Shown here one piece after another: positions 1-10,101 of a stretch of DNA of 64,000 bases. The stretch lies in assembly GCA_963717525.1 (NCBI GenBank), contig OY970343.1, positions 1,280,001-1,344,000 of the forward strand, in the 5' to 3' direction. Position numbers and translations under genes: made by a program. Each line of letters begins with the position of its first letter. The stretch's first letter is position 1. This DNA comes from an uncultured Methanoregulaceae archaeon. Its GTDB lineage: Archaea; Halobacteriota; Methanomicrobia; Methanomicrobiales; Methanospirillaceae. The notes under the pieces were generated by a model, which was given only the letters and a program-made list of their open reading frames with translations, made no database searches and had not been told where the DNA came from.

Positions 1-1
1 G

Positions 2-838
2 GTGATCGCTCAGGACGCAAGCAAAGTCAGCAGCAATGCGGAGAAAGCATCGCAAGGTGTCGACCAGATTGCAAAAGCCATGCAGGACATGAGCGCAGCA
101 GTCGAGGAAATTACGTCGAGCATGGAATCGGTCTCGACTCTCACCAAGCAGACCAACGACCTCTCCCAATCCGGCGCGGCGCTCGCAGGCAAGGCGGAAA
201 AGGGCATGGCTGAGATCGCTGCTCACACAGGAAAGGTGCATGAGATCGTCTCTGACGTGGAGAAGCAGATGGGCGAGATCTCCAAGATCGTCGTGCTTAT
301 CCGCGAACTGGCCAATCAGACAAACCTGCTGGCGCTCAATGCAGCCATTGAAGCAGCTCGTGCCGGGGATGCAGGACGAGGCTTTGCCGTCGTCGCGACA
401 GAAGTGAAATCGTTGGCACAGGAGTCCCGGAACTCTGCCGAGCGGATCGAGGAAATGATCGCTTCCCTGAAAAAGCGCACGCAAAATGCATCCGCCGCTA
501 TGAACGAAGCGAAGGGGATTGTCGAGCAGGGTTCAAAGATGGTGACCGAGACAATGCAGTCCTTCAACAAGATCGCAGCGGCCGTTGAGAAGGTAGCCGC
601 GAGCGCGACAGAGGTTGCGGCGGCAACCGAAGAACAGGCAGCAACCACACAAGAGATCACGGCAAGTGTCAGTGAAGTTGCAAGCTTGGTGGAGCAGACC
701 GCAAAAGATGCTGGTGATGCAGCGGCAGCAACAGAAGAATCCTCAGCTGCGTTGGATGAGATCACCCGTATGGTAGAAACCGTAAATAAAGTCGCTGTCG
801 AGGCAATGGAAGCAAACAAGAAATTCAGGGTGGATTAA
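2..838 (+). CDS. Methyl-accepting chemotaxis protein, C-terminal signalling domain (5' end outside window)
   Basis: Hairpin-tip signature [34 protein letters not shown]; heptad-rich helices; followed by cheW. Confidence 0.95.
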   Translation: MIAQDASKVSSNAEKASQGVDQIAKAMQDMSAAVEEITSSMESVSTLTKQTNDLSQSGAALAGKAEKGMAEIAAHTGKVHEIVSDVEKQMGEISKIVVLIRELANQTNLLALNAAIEAARAGDAGRGFAVVATEVKSLAQESRNSAERIEEMIASLKKRTQNASAAMNEAKGIVEQGSKMVTETMQSFNKIAAAVEKVAASATEVAAATEEQAATTQEITASVSEVASLVEQTAKDAGDAAAATEESSAALDEITRMVETVNKVAVEAMEANKKFRVD

Positions 839-853
839 GGAGGGTCGTGTCCA

Positions 854-1393
854 ATGGCGGCGAAAGCAATCGAGCCACGAGATACTCAGGCCCAAAACGC
901 GGAAGATGAGGTCAGGAAACGACAGGGCAGCATCCAGATCGTTGAGTTCATCCTGGGCAAAGAACGCTTTGCCATCGATCTGTTCGATGTCAAGGAAGTC
1001 GTGGAATACACCACGATCACCAAACTTCCCAACGTGCCGGCGTATATAAAGGGGATTATCGATCTCCGTGGAGAGATAACGACTATTATCGATCTCAAGC
1101 ACCGGCTTAACATCACGGATGGCAGCCAGATTGCAGCCGAATCATCCCGGATTATTGTGCTCGACAACAAGATTACCGGTACCAAAATAGGGATCCTTGT
1201 CGATGATGTGACGTCTGTCTCGACCTTTGAAGGAAAGCAGGTGGACTATACCTCTGCATCGGTGAGCAAAGAGGATACAGCGATCATTGGCATCATCAAA
1301 CGAAAGGTGAAGGTCAAGGAGAAGGAGAAAAACGAACTCATCATCTGGATCGATATCAAGCAGCTGCTGGAGGGTATTGATACATCGGCTTGA
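854..1393 (+). CDS. cheW: Chemotaxis coupling protein CheW
   Basis: VEFILG..FAIDL..VKEVV, ITKLPNVPAYIKGIIDLRGEITTIIDL, GILVDDV. Confidence 0.93.
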   Translation: MAAKAIEPRDTQAQNAEDEVRKRQGSIQIVEFILGKERFAIDLFDVKEVVEYTTITKLPNVPAYIKGIIDLRGEITTIIDLKHRLNITDGSQIAAESSRIIVLDNKITGTKIGILVDDVTSVSTFEGKQVDYTSASVSKEDTAIIGIIKRKVKVKEKEKNELIIWIDIKQLLEGIDTSA

Positions 1394-1519
1394 GAGTATA
1401 ATCGACCGGCTTTGTAGTTTGGTTCGGATGTGTCAGAGAAAGTACCTTGGAAAAGATTGAGGGGGGATATCCTCCATTTTACATTCTGGAAGAGTTGGGC
1501 CCTTAAACGTGGTTTGTTT

Positions 1520-1960
1520 ATGATTTCCGTACTCTATGTCGATGACTGGTCGCCGTTGCTGCATATCATCTCCCGTTTTCTGATGGAGAAAGGGGATATT
1601 ATAGTCGAAACATCACTCTCACCCGAAGAGGCGTGCCGAAAAATGGACTTCTTCTCCTTTGATGTCATCATCACTGATTATAATTCCAAGGACTCGGCCG
1701 GTATCGGTCTTCTTCAACAAACCCGGCAGAAAGGAAAAATGACGCCCTTTGTTTTCTTTACCTTAGAGCAAAACCGTGTAATGGAACAAGAAGCCGCACG
1801 GTATGGCCATGTGGCATTTGTGCGAAAAATACAGAACTCCGATTCGAGCTTTGACGAGCTTGAGAAAAAAATCCGGACAACAATTCCGGCACCTCATTCA
1901 GGAAATATAATTCCAAAAAAGGATCCGATCTATCCGATAAGTGGAGAACCATCATCATGA
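1520..1960 (+). CDS. Stand-alone response regulator receiver protein
   Basis: MISVLYVDD start at ATG 1520, DVIITDY, PFVFFT, FVRK. Confidence 0.8.
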   Translation: MISVLYVDDWSPLLHIISRFLMEKGDIIVETSLSPEEACRKMDFFSFDVIITDYNSKDSAGIGLLQQTRQKGKMTPFVFFTLEQNRVMEQEAARYGHVAFVRKIQNSDSSFDELEKKIRTTIPAPHSGNIIPKKDPIYPISGEPSS

Positions 1961-3621
1961 TACCTGTTCTTTATGTTGATGATGAATCAGCCCTGCTCGA
2001 CATAACGAAGCATTATCTGGAGCGCAGCGGAGAGTTCAGAGTAGATACTGCGACCTCTGCCAACGAGGCGATCAGCAAACTCATGGAGCAGGAGCGGTTG
2101 TACGAAGCAATCATCTCCGATTTCCAGATGCCGGAGATGAATGGCATCGAATTTTTAAAGAAAATCAGGACTACCGGAAATACCATTCCTTTTATTATTT
2201 TTACGGGAAAAGGGCGGGAAGAAGTTGTCATCCAGGCATTAAATGAAGGCGCCGACTCGTACATCCAGAAAGGCGGTGAGCCCAAGGCGCAATTTGCCGA
2301 ACTCGCACACAAGATCCGGCAGTCCGTCCAACAGAGAAGGGCGGAAATCAATATCAGGGATCTTGAACGGAGAGAGGGGGACATCATCAACTTCCTGCCG
2401 GATGCAACCTTTGCTATCGACACCCATGGGATTGTGATCGCATGGAACCATGCGATGGTGAAGATGACTGGTATCAGGGCAGCTGAAATTCTTGGGAAAG
2501 GCGACTATGAATATGCACTGCCCTTTTACCATGAGCGCCGTCCCATCCTGATCGATCTCGTACTCCGTGATGACCCTGCAACCACTGTAAAATATGGGAA
2601 TGTCACTAGGAACACAGGGAACCTCATTGCAGAGGTCACTATCCCCCACTTCAATAACGGGGAGGGGGCCTTGCTCTGGTTCGTTGCCTCCCCCCTCTAT
2701 GATACCCGGGGCACCACCGTCGGTGCAATTGAATCGATCCGGGATATCACCGAACGTAAAAAGGCGGAAGAATCCTTAAAAAGTAGCGAGGAACGGTACC
2801 GCACGCTCCTGCAGCGTTCGTTCGATGCGGTCGTGGTTCACCGTAACGGCATCATTACCCTCGCAAACCAGATTGCTGCCACTCTTCTGGGTGTATCGTC
2901 ACCATCAGAACTTGTCGGAAAAAAAGTTCTTGATTTTGTCCATCCCGCATACCGGAATACCGTCACGGAGCGGATAGGAGCGATGACCACCGGTAACGTA
3001 ATGACCGCAGTTGATACTATCGAAGAGAAATTTCTGCGGACCGACGGAGGGGTTATTGATGTCGAAGTAGTCGCCACAGGTTTTTTTGATAAAGGCCAAC
3101 CCTCGATCCTAGTGGTATTCCGGGATATCACCCGGCGCAAGGGATTGATGGAAGCGCTTAAGGAGAGCGAGGAGCGATACAGGAACGTTGTCGAGACCCA
3201 GACCGAGTTTATCTGTCGGTTCAGGCCAGACGGCACCCATATCTTTGTCAACGAGGCATACTGTCGGTATTTCAATAAGACACGGGATGAGATGATCGGG
3301 AATAAGTTCATCCCCAGGATCCCGGAGGAAGAAAAAGCCGGCGTAAAGGAACATTTTGTCTCCCTGACCCGGGAAAATCCTGTTTTGGCGATTGATCACC
3401 GCATCATCATGCCCGACGGCAAGATGCGATGGCAGCGGTGGAACGATCGGGCAATTTTCGATGATAAAGGGATCCTTGTTGAATATCAGTCAGTTGGCCG
3501 GGATATAACCGATGTCAAGGAAGCGGAAGAGGCACTGAGGTTCAAGCATGAGGAACTGATCAGTGCTTATGAGAAATTGACCGCAATGGAAAAAGAACTG
3601 GCTCTACAGAGCCCAAAATGA
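1957..3621 (+). CDS. Receiver + three PAS/PAC sensory protein, no kinase domain
   Basis: VLYVDDE..IISDFQMPEMNGIEFL; PAC ends RDITERK, RDITRRK, RDITDVK. Confidence 0.9.
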   Translation: MIPVLYVDDESALLDITKHYLERSGEFRVDTATSANEAISKLMEQERLYEAIISDFQMPEMNGIEFLKKIRTTGNTIPFIIFTGKGREEVVIQALNEGADSYIQKGGEPKAQFAELAHKIRQSVQQRRAEINIRDLERREGDIINFLPDATFAIDTHGIVIAWNHAMVKMTGIRAAEILGKGDYEYALPFYHERRPILIDLVLRDDPATTVKYGNVTRNTGNLIAEVTIPHFNNGEGALLWFVASPLYDTRGTTVGAIESIRDITERKKAEESLKSSEERYRTLLQRSFDAVVVHRNGIITLANQIAATLLGVSSPSELVGKKVLDFVHPAYRNTVTERIGAMTTGNVMTAVDTIEEKFLRTDGGVIDVEVVATGFFDKGQPSILVVFRDITRRKGLMEALKESEERYRNVVETQTEFICRFRPDGTHIFVNEAYCRYFNKTRDEMIGNKFIPRIPEEEKAGVKEHFVSLTRENPVLAIDHRIIMPDGKMRWQRWNDRAIFDDKGILVEYQSVGRDITDVKEAEEALRFKHEELISAYEKLTAMEKELALQSPK

Positions 3622-3647
3622 AACAACCGGAATAACCAGGTGGTGCG

Positions 3648-4022
3648 ATGAAACAAGAAAACGTTCAATATTTTACAGAAAAGGAAGAAGAGATCGTCAA
3701 TCTCTTGATCGAGATTGGAACGAAAAAAAATGTTGCAAAAGTGCTGGTATTTTTAGATAATATTCCCGAAGCGACATCCCACGCGATAGAGCGCGGGACT
3801 AACCTGCGCCAGCCCGAAGTAAATATAACCATGCATTACCTGATGGATAGGGGCTGGATCAGGAGCCGTGAGAGCAAGGCCGAAAGCCAGGGACGTCCGG
3901 TCAAGATCTACGAATTGGCTAAGCCCGTCGCAGAGATTATGGACAGTTTCGAGAAAGAGAGTGAGGACAGAGCCAATAATCAGCTCAAACTCATAAAGAA
4001 ATTACGGGATTATATTTCCTGA
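3648..4022 (+). CDS. Winged-helix transcriptional regulator (archaeal ArsR-like family)
   Basis: IERGTNLRQPEV, L..RGWI, GRPVKIYELAKP. Confidence 0.8.
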   Translation: MKQENVQYFTEKEEEIVNLLIEIGTKKNVAKVLVFLDNIPEATSHAIERGTNLRQPEVNITMHYLMDRGWIRSRESKAESQGRPVKIYELAKPVAEIMDSFEKESEDRANNQLKLIKKLRDYIS

Positions 4023-4132
4023 TAACATTACACCTGTGATATATTGAACCACCTTGTGACCATATATCGATAAAATCAATTCGTCAGCGAGTCTATCTCA
4101 TTTTACAAAATGTGGGGGTTCCAAAATCTGGT

Positions 4133-5463
4133 ATGTCGCTGCTTTCTCATCAAAAGCAAACCATTTATGATATCGGCATTATCGCAAGTGTCATCGTTGC
4201 CATTATAATCACTTATGTATGTCTCAATAATGGGATCTATGAGGTATTTCCGTACCTTTATCTCATCCCGGTGGTGCTTATTGCATATACCCGTCCGAAA
4301 TTTGGGATTTATGGGACAGTTCTCGTTGGTTGGTTATATTTCGTGCTTGTCTATTTCTGGGAAATCCCGGATTCGCAACTTTTCACTCTGGCCACAATAA
4401 GGTTCTATGTCTTTGTTTCCATCGGTATCCTCATATCAGTCTTCTCCCAGGAATATCGGAAAGGGGAGCAGAAAAACCATACGTTATATAATCATTCTCA
4501 GGCAGGAATTTTCAGCATTAATAAAAAAACCCTTGAAATAACGGATGCCAACCGGAAGTTCGCTCAGATAATCCATTACCAATGTAGCGATCTGATAAAA
4601 AAGAATCTCTCAGATATTATCACCGGTTCCGAAGAGCGGGAATCATTTCTCGCCAACTTACACGATTTTTGCAGGGTAGAGGATATTGAGGTATTCCTGT
4701 CCGCACGGGACGGACCCGGGCGATGGGTACTTATCTCGGCTTCTCATACCGACGAAGAAAATATTGTCTGCACAGTAGTCGATATCACAGATCAGAAAGA
4801 GTCACAACGTGCTCTTATGCTGGCAAACCGGAAACTCCTTTTGCTCTCCAGCATTACACGACATGATATCCTCAACAAGTCATCCGGTATCTATGGATAT
4901 CTTGGTATCCTTCGTATGAAATTCCCGGACCCTGCATTGGCAGATTATATCAGTAAACTGGAAGATACAACAAAGAAGATTCAAGCCCTGATCGCTGAAA
5001 CCCAAGTCTACCAGGATCTGGAACCCAAGAACCCAAGTGGCAGGAACTGGACAAAATCGCAAGGGACGTACAGGTCCCGGCAACTATCGCACTCATCGTA
5101 GATCTTCAGGGAGTCGAAGTATTCGCAGATCCGATGCTCAAAAAAGTGTTCTCAAATTTCCTTGATAATTCACTTCGGCACGGAGAGCGGGTGACCGAAA
5201 TTCGGGTGTCGTCCCAAAAGTCTGGCGAAGATCTGATTGTGGTATGGGAGGACAACGGGGTTGGCATCGCTGCTGAAGAAAAGGAACGAATCTTCGAGTG
5301 GGGATTCGGGAAAAATACCGGACTCGGGATGTTCCTTATCCGGGAGATCCTTTCCCTGACGAGCATCACCATTAAAGAAACCGGGCAGCCAGGTAAAGGA
5401 GTGCAGTTTGAGATAACGGTGCCGGAAGGGCAGTACCGGTTTACAAGGGTGGATCAGAAATAA
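4133..5463 (+). CDS. Membrane PAS histidine kinase, frameshifted at ~5020
   Basis: N-terminal TM helices, PAS, H-box SITRHDILN; HATPase (NFLDNSLRHG, DNGVGI, GFGKNTGLG) is in the next frame; adding one G at 5020-5021 restores YQDLGTQEPKWQ. Confidence 0.85.
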
Positions 5464-5496
5464 AAAACCATCAGGATATTAAGGATAAATAATAAA

Positions 5497-5513
5497 AGTT
5501 CTGTTGAGTTATC
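5497..5513. repeat. Degenerate half-copy of the 80-bp element arm
   Basis: AGTTCTGTTGAGTTATC matches GGTTCTGTCGAGTTATC (6640-6656) at 15/17; sits at the left edge of the AT-rich island. Confidence 0.5.
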
Positions 5514-5640
5514 ATGATTTTTAATTGTTATTAAAAAAAACAATGAATAATTTTTGAGCACTAATATCTCGTTTTATGTAAATAAAAAGAAAAGAGGGCA
5601 ATACCATAATTTCTTTCACTTAATTACGATTAAAGACGGG

Positions 5641-6550
5641 CTATCTGCCACTACTTTTATTTATAATCTGTTCTAGCGTAACAATTGTAATTTTTAATGC
5701 ATATTCAGCATCATCTTTTGCAGGAATACTACCACCATGAGCACCTTTGTTGCTTAAATAAATCCATACACTTTTTATGGATTTTCTATCCGTGTCCGAT
5801 GGAAAAATACTATTCAATGCGTTTTTCCAATCTTCATTTTTACCTACTTGGATACATAATGCCTCAATAGCTGCCCTACATGAAATTACACAATGGCGTA
5901 AGGCATCTGGTCCTCCATTGTGAAGGCGATCAATTGCACCCAGGACAGATTCTTGAACATTCGGGTAGTTTTTCAATTTCTCAGCAACGGATAGGCGATT
6001 ATATATCTCAACTGATTGGGCTGATCGGACTAACTTTGGGCTCGATATACGAAGTAAAGATTTTTCTTTTTTTTCATGCTCCATTATTGTCTTTCGTAAT
6101 GCAAGCTCGAGCGGAATGTCTCTATTCCAGATTAAGTCTTGATTCTGGAGTTCCTGAAGGACTAAAATTAATGTGTTGTAGAAAGAAACTGCACTCTTGA
6201 GTCGTCGCACTCGATTGAATTTTTTTAAAAGATTCGAAGAGTTTCCACCATACGATAGCGTACGGATTTTTATTGACATGTCTTTGACCGAAGATTCACA
6301 TTTTCCGAGGAGTTGATCACCAACGTGGCGCAAAGAGGAATTAACGTTATTTTTTGAGGTATTTAGAATCGATCTTCCTATTTTTCTTGTCAATCCTTTC
6401 GCTCCATATGGGACAACTGTCTGAACCAGCAATTCACCAAATATCGGTGCCTGATGATTATTGATTCCATTTGAGAGCGCTTGTTCTGCTTGGTACTCTG
6501 TATTGGACCGCTTCTTGAATAAGTTGAGAAATTGTATCTTTCGGTGTCAT
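5641..6550 (-). CDS. Hypothetical defence-like protein with C-terminal HEPN/Abi_C-like helical domain; probable ATG at 6550 with a frameshift near 6495
   Basis: C-terminus AIDRL..DALRHCVISCRAAIEALC..YLSNKGAHGG..DDAEYAL; ORF frame stays open upstream to ~6546, one base off ATG 6550. Confidence 0.5.
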
Positions 6551-6639
6551 ATTTCTTCCATGAGAAATAACAATTCCTATCGAACTAATCTACAATGATG
6601 ATAGGATTAGATACCATAGAGTGTCCCTTTACAATATAT

Positions 6640-6719
6640 GGTTCTGTCGAGTTATCGGCAGTTATTAAAGTTTGGTACTCCTGTTTGGGAAACCAAGCTG
6701 CCGACAACTTGACAGAACC
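6640..6719. repeat. 80-bp palindromic element, copy 1 (MITE-like, IS6-type ends)
   Basis: GGTTCTGTCGAGTTATCGGCAG ... CTGCCGACAACTTGACAGAACC, 22-bp arms with 2 mismatches. Confidence 0.85.
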
Positions 6720-6762
6720 TTAAATAACAATTATTAAGTAAACCATTGAAGATTACTCACAT

Positions 6763-9700
6763 ATGAAAACATTAAATGATATAATTGATCTCTTAAAAAC
6801 ACAGAATGTAACTCTTTTTTTAGGTGCTGGAAATTCATTGCGTTTAGGAGGACCATCTGGTAAGGACTTATTAGAGAGAGTGATTCAAAAATTTTCAGAT
6901 TTAGACTTCAGAAATCGATCTAATTTTTTTGATGTCTGTGAGGATATTATCGGATCTGATTCACACTCTCGCGTTGAATTAGAAGATTACATTAAAAAAC
7001 AGTTTATTGGATTAAAGCCTGACGAGTCTATAATTAAATTAATATCTCTCCCTTGGAAGTGCATATTTACTACAAATTATGATTTGGTAATAGAGAGAAT
7101 TCCTGAAAATCGATTGAAAACTCGATCAATTCGTCAAGTTACTGAAGATAATCCACAAATATACCCTGATAGAATAGATATTTTGTATTATATCAAAATA
7201 TTTGGATCTATAGATTGTAAATATAATGAAGAAGGATTTCCTGTTTTATCGAATATTGATAAATCCATCTCCTTTTTAAGGCGAAATGCCTATTATTCAC
7301 ACTTATCCGAATGTCTAAAAAAAGGACCGGTACTCTTCATAGGATATTCCTTTGAAGATGATATTGTTTTTACAATAATGGAAGAACTACTATCTTCAAG
7401 AGGATCGGGATCTTTTCAACATTCGTATGCTTTAACGCCAAACGATATAGATGAGCGTAAAATTAAAAAATTTTCAAGATACGATATTCATCATATCAAA
7501 GGAACGGTTGAAAATTTTGTTTTTCAAGCAGATCTAGGATTAAAAAATTACGATTTTGAATCCCATTTATCTGAAAAAACAGTTCATATTCGTGGGATTC
7601 CTATTGACATTCCTTTAAACATTGAACGACCCTCTCAAGAATATTTAGAATTTTTAAATCTTACATCAATGACATCGAAATATAGCAATATTCGAAAATT
7701 TTTTAGCGGTGAAGACGACTCATACTATCCTTTTGAAAAAGGTTGGGATTTTAAAAGAGAAATCTATGAAATTGATGAACAAACACAATCAGGACTCTGT
7801 CAACTTTACAATGTTCAGACAGGATTTAAAAAGTTTATTTTTAATAATATCGACAGCCCTTCACAAGATGATAATTTGTATGCCATACTGACCGGACCCG
7901 CCGGATGCGGGAAAACAATTATCCTGAAACGATTGGCATACGATTGGTATTCTTACGGAAATCCAGTAATTTTTTTGAAACCTCAAGCATCTCATATAGA
8001 TCGCAAACAATTAGAGGCATTCATTGAATACATTGAATCTGCTTATAAAAAAGTTTCCGGATATTCGAAACCACGACCTCGAACGTTATTGATTTGTGAT
8101 AATGCTTCATCTATATATCGAGATATAATTTCATTATTTTCAGAGATTTCATCAAGAGGAAAAGCCATCAATCTGATCATTTCTGATAGAGAAAATTTAT
8201 TCGCAGGACGAAATTTTTCAGGCTACCCAGTTTATAGAATTCCGGAATCAATCACATCATCAGAATTAACGACTTTTAGAGATTATCTGTATTCAAACAA
8301 ATTAATTGAATCCGACGCCGAATTATTCAACATATACGATAATCCAAAGATAAATCAATCATTTTTTGCTTTAATGTATACTTTAATTGATGAATCAAAA
8401 AGACCGCTAAATACAATTATTCATGATCAATATCAAAAATTAAAAGATTGGCAAAAGGCGGCTTATGAATACACCTGTTTATTCAATAAGTACAGATTGA
8501 ATCTAAATGAAGAAATTCTTGTTAATGCAACAATAAATGAATTTAAAAAATTTCGAGATGAGGTAAAAAAGGGATCTTTAAAATCCATCTTGTTCCCCGT
8601 TGATGAACAATATGAGGAAGTAGATTATAGGGTTCATCATCCGATTATTGCTGAAAGAACTGTGGATTTTGAGTTCGGTGAACCTGGAATTATCGCTCAA
8701 AAAATTACTGAACTAATCAGTAATGTAAATCCGCAGTATCCTCATCAGGTTAATCAAATAGAGAATCTTCTGATTTTTAAAATCGGACCCAACTCTAATG
8801 AGAAGGAAATCCCCATTTCTCTTAAGCGAGACATTTTTGAGGTCGCTAATCAGAGATTAAAATCGAGATCTATCTGTCACCATTATGCACTGCTTGAAAT
8901 TGAGGAGCCAAATGCAAATTATAAACATGCCGAACAACTGTTGAAGGAAGCTCTAGCAATAAATCAATCCAGAGAGAGAGATGAATTAATCTTCACCTCT
9001 TTTGGTAAACTATATGCAAAAATGGGTTATGTTTTTGCAGACAAAGGAAAAAATTCGGATGCCGAAAAATATTACAAAATGGCAGAATTAAATTTTGAAA
9101 GAGGGCGTTCGAAGCATTTTAAAAATCAATATTCATATCATGGTCATATTAGTCTTTTAATCAGAAAAGCAATAAAATCGAGCAATTCACTCGAAAAAAT
9201 TACACATCTTTCAAGGGCATTACAATTATGTGAAGAAGCAATAAATGTTTTAGATCAATCTGAACATATTCGGTTTTTGGAAGAAAAAGGCCGAATCTTT
9301 TCATTATCTAATGATATCGAAAAATTTGATGAAATTGTTGATTTATTGGCAAAAGAATACAAAAGCTCCGCAGGTTACAAACTTAAAGCCAATATTTTAT
9401 ACAGAAAACTTGCAGATTTAGAACGAACTCCCGAAACTTTATCTAAGTATAATGAATTAGACCAGTTAATTGAAACCGGATTGACAATTGAGGCAACCGA
9501 TCCGGAACTATTACGATTAAAGGCCCGTGTTTCGTTAATATTGCACAAGGATGATAAGACGTACTTATTGAAAATATTGAAAACTTGGTATCAACACGCA
9601 CAAGATAATGATCTGTATGTTTTATTCAGATATGGCGTTACACTTTTCGAAAAAGATAGTTATGAAAAGTCAAAACATATTTTTGAGGAACTGGATCAAT

Positions 9701-9966
9701 TATCTGAAGGGTATAAAACTAAAAGCACCCTTAACAAGGTCTATTATATAATGGAAAATGGAACAAATAAAGAGTATTTGGGGAAAATTACTCAAGTATC
9801 CTCAAATGGTAAAACAATTAAAATTAAATGTTCATCACTTCCCAATTTAAAATATGATATTGGTGCATTGTACCCGGAATTTGAACCTATAGTTAATGAT
9901 TATGTAAAATTTAATATCGCATTCAATTTCAGAGGGATTATAGGAAAAAATGTAAAGAAAAACTAA
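6763..9966 (+). CDS. SIR2-like domain + STAND P-loop NTPase + TPR + C-terminal OB/cold-shock-like domain (Avs5-like antiviral protein)
   Basis: LFLGAGNS, FTTNYD, KIFGS, LFIGYSFED; Walker A GPAGCGKT, Walker B LLICDN; HPIIAE; TPR-like helices; C-terminal VKFNIAFNFRG. Confidence 0.8.
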   Translation: MKTLNDIIDLLKTQNVTLFLGAGNSLRLGGPSGKDLLERVIQKFSDLDFRNRSNFFDVCEDIIGSDSHSRVELEDYIKKQFIGLKPDESIIKLISLPWKCIFTTNYDLVIERIPENRLKTRSIRQVTEDNPQIYPDRIDILYYIKIFGSIDCKYNEEGFPVLSNIDKSISFLRRNAYYSHLSECLKKGPVLFIGYSFEDDIVFTIMEELLSSRGSGSFQHSYALTPNDIDERKIKKFSRYDIHHIKGTVENFVFQADLGLKNYDFESHLSEKTVHIRGIPIDIPLNIERPSQEYLEFLNLTSMTSKYSNIRKFFSGEDDSYYPFEKGWDFKREIYEIDEQTQSGLCQLYNVQTGFKKFIFNNIDSPSQDDNLYAILTGPAGCGKTIILKRLAYDWYSYGNPVIFLKPQASHIDRKQLEAFIEYIESAYKKVSGYSKPRPRTLLICDNASSIYRDIISLFSEISSRGKAINLIISDRENLFAGRNFSGYPVYRIPESITSSELTTFRDYLYSNKLIESDAELFNIYDNPKINQSFFALMYTLIDESKRPLNTIIHDQYQKLKDWQKAAYEYTCLFNKYRLNLNEEILVNATINEFKKFRDEVKKGSLKSILFPVDEQYEEVDYRVHHPIIAERTVDFEFGEPGIIAQKITELISNVNPQYPHQVNQIENLLIFKIGPNSNEKEIPISLKRDIFEVANQRLKSRSICHHYALLEIEEPNANYKHAEQLLKEALAINQSRERDELIFTSFGKLYAKMGYVFADKGKNSDAEKYYKMAELNFERGRSKHFKNQYSYHGHISLLIRKAIKSSNSLEKITHLSRALQLCEEAINVLDQSEHIRFLEEKGRIFSLSNDIEKFDEIVDLLAKEYKSSAGYKLKANILYRKLADLERTPETLSKYNELDQLIETGLTIEATDPELLRLKARVSLILHKDDKTYLLKILKTWYQHAQDNDLYVLFRYGVTLFEKDSYEKSKHIFEELDQLSEGYKTKSTLNKVYYIMENGTNKEYLGKITQVSSNGKTIKIKCSSLPNLKYDIGALYPEFEPIVNDYVKFNIAFNFRGIIGKNVKKN

Positions 9967-10021
9967 CAATTCATTTTATTCTTATCCGTTTCATGTCACC
10001 CCATATAATACAAATATTTAC

Positions 10022-10101
10022 GGTTCTGTCAAGTTGTCGGCAGTTTCTGAAATTTGATACTTCGAAGAAAAGTCACTAGCTGCCGAAGACTTGACAGAAC
10101 C
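10022..10101. repeat. 80-bp palindromic element, copy 2
   Basis: GGTTCTGTCAAGTTGTCGGCAG ... CTGCCGAAGACTTGACAGAACC; same length and orientation as copy 1. Confidence 0.85.

Noticed and set aside
6640..10101. 80-bp elements as canonical integron attC sites or simple terminators
   Set aside because: No RYYYAAC/GTTRRRY ends and no IntI gene; one copy lies upstream of both flanking genes and there is no U-tract.
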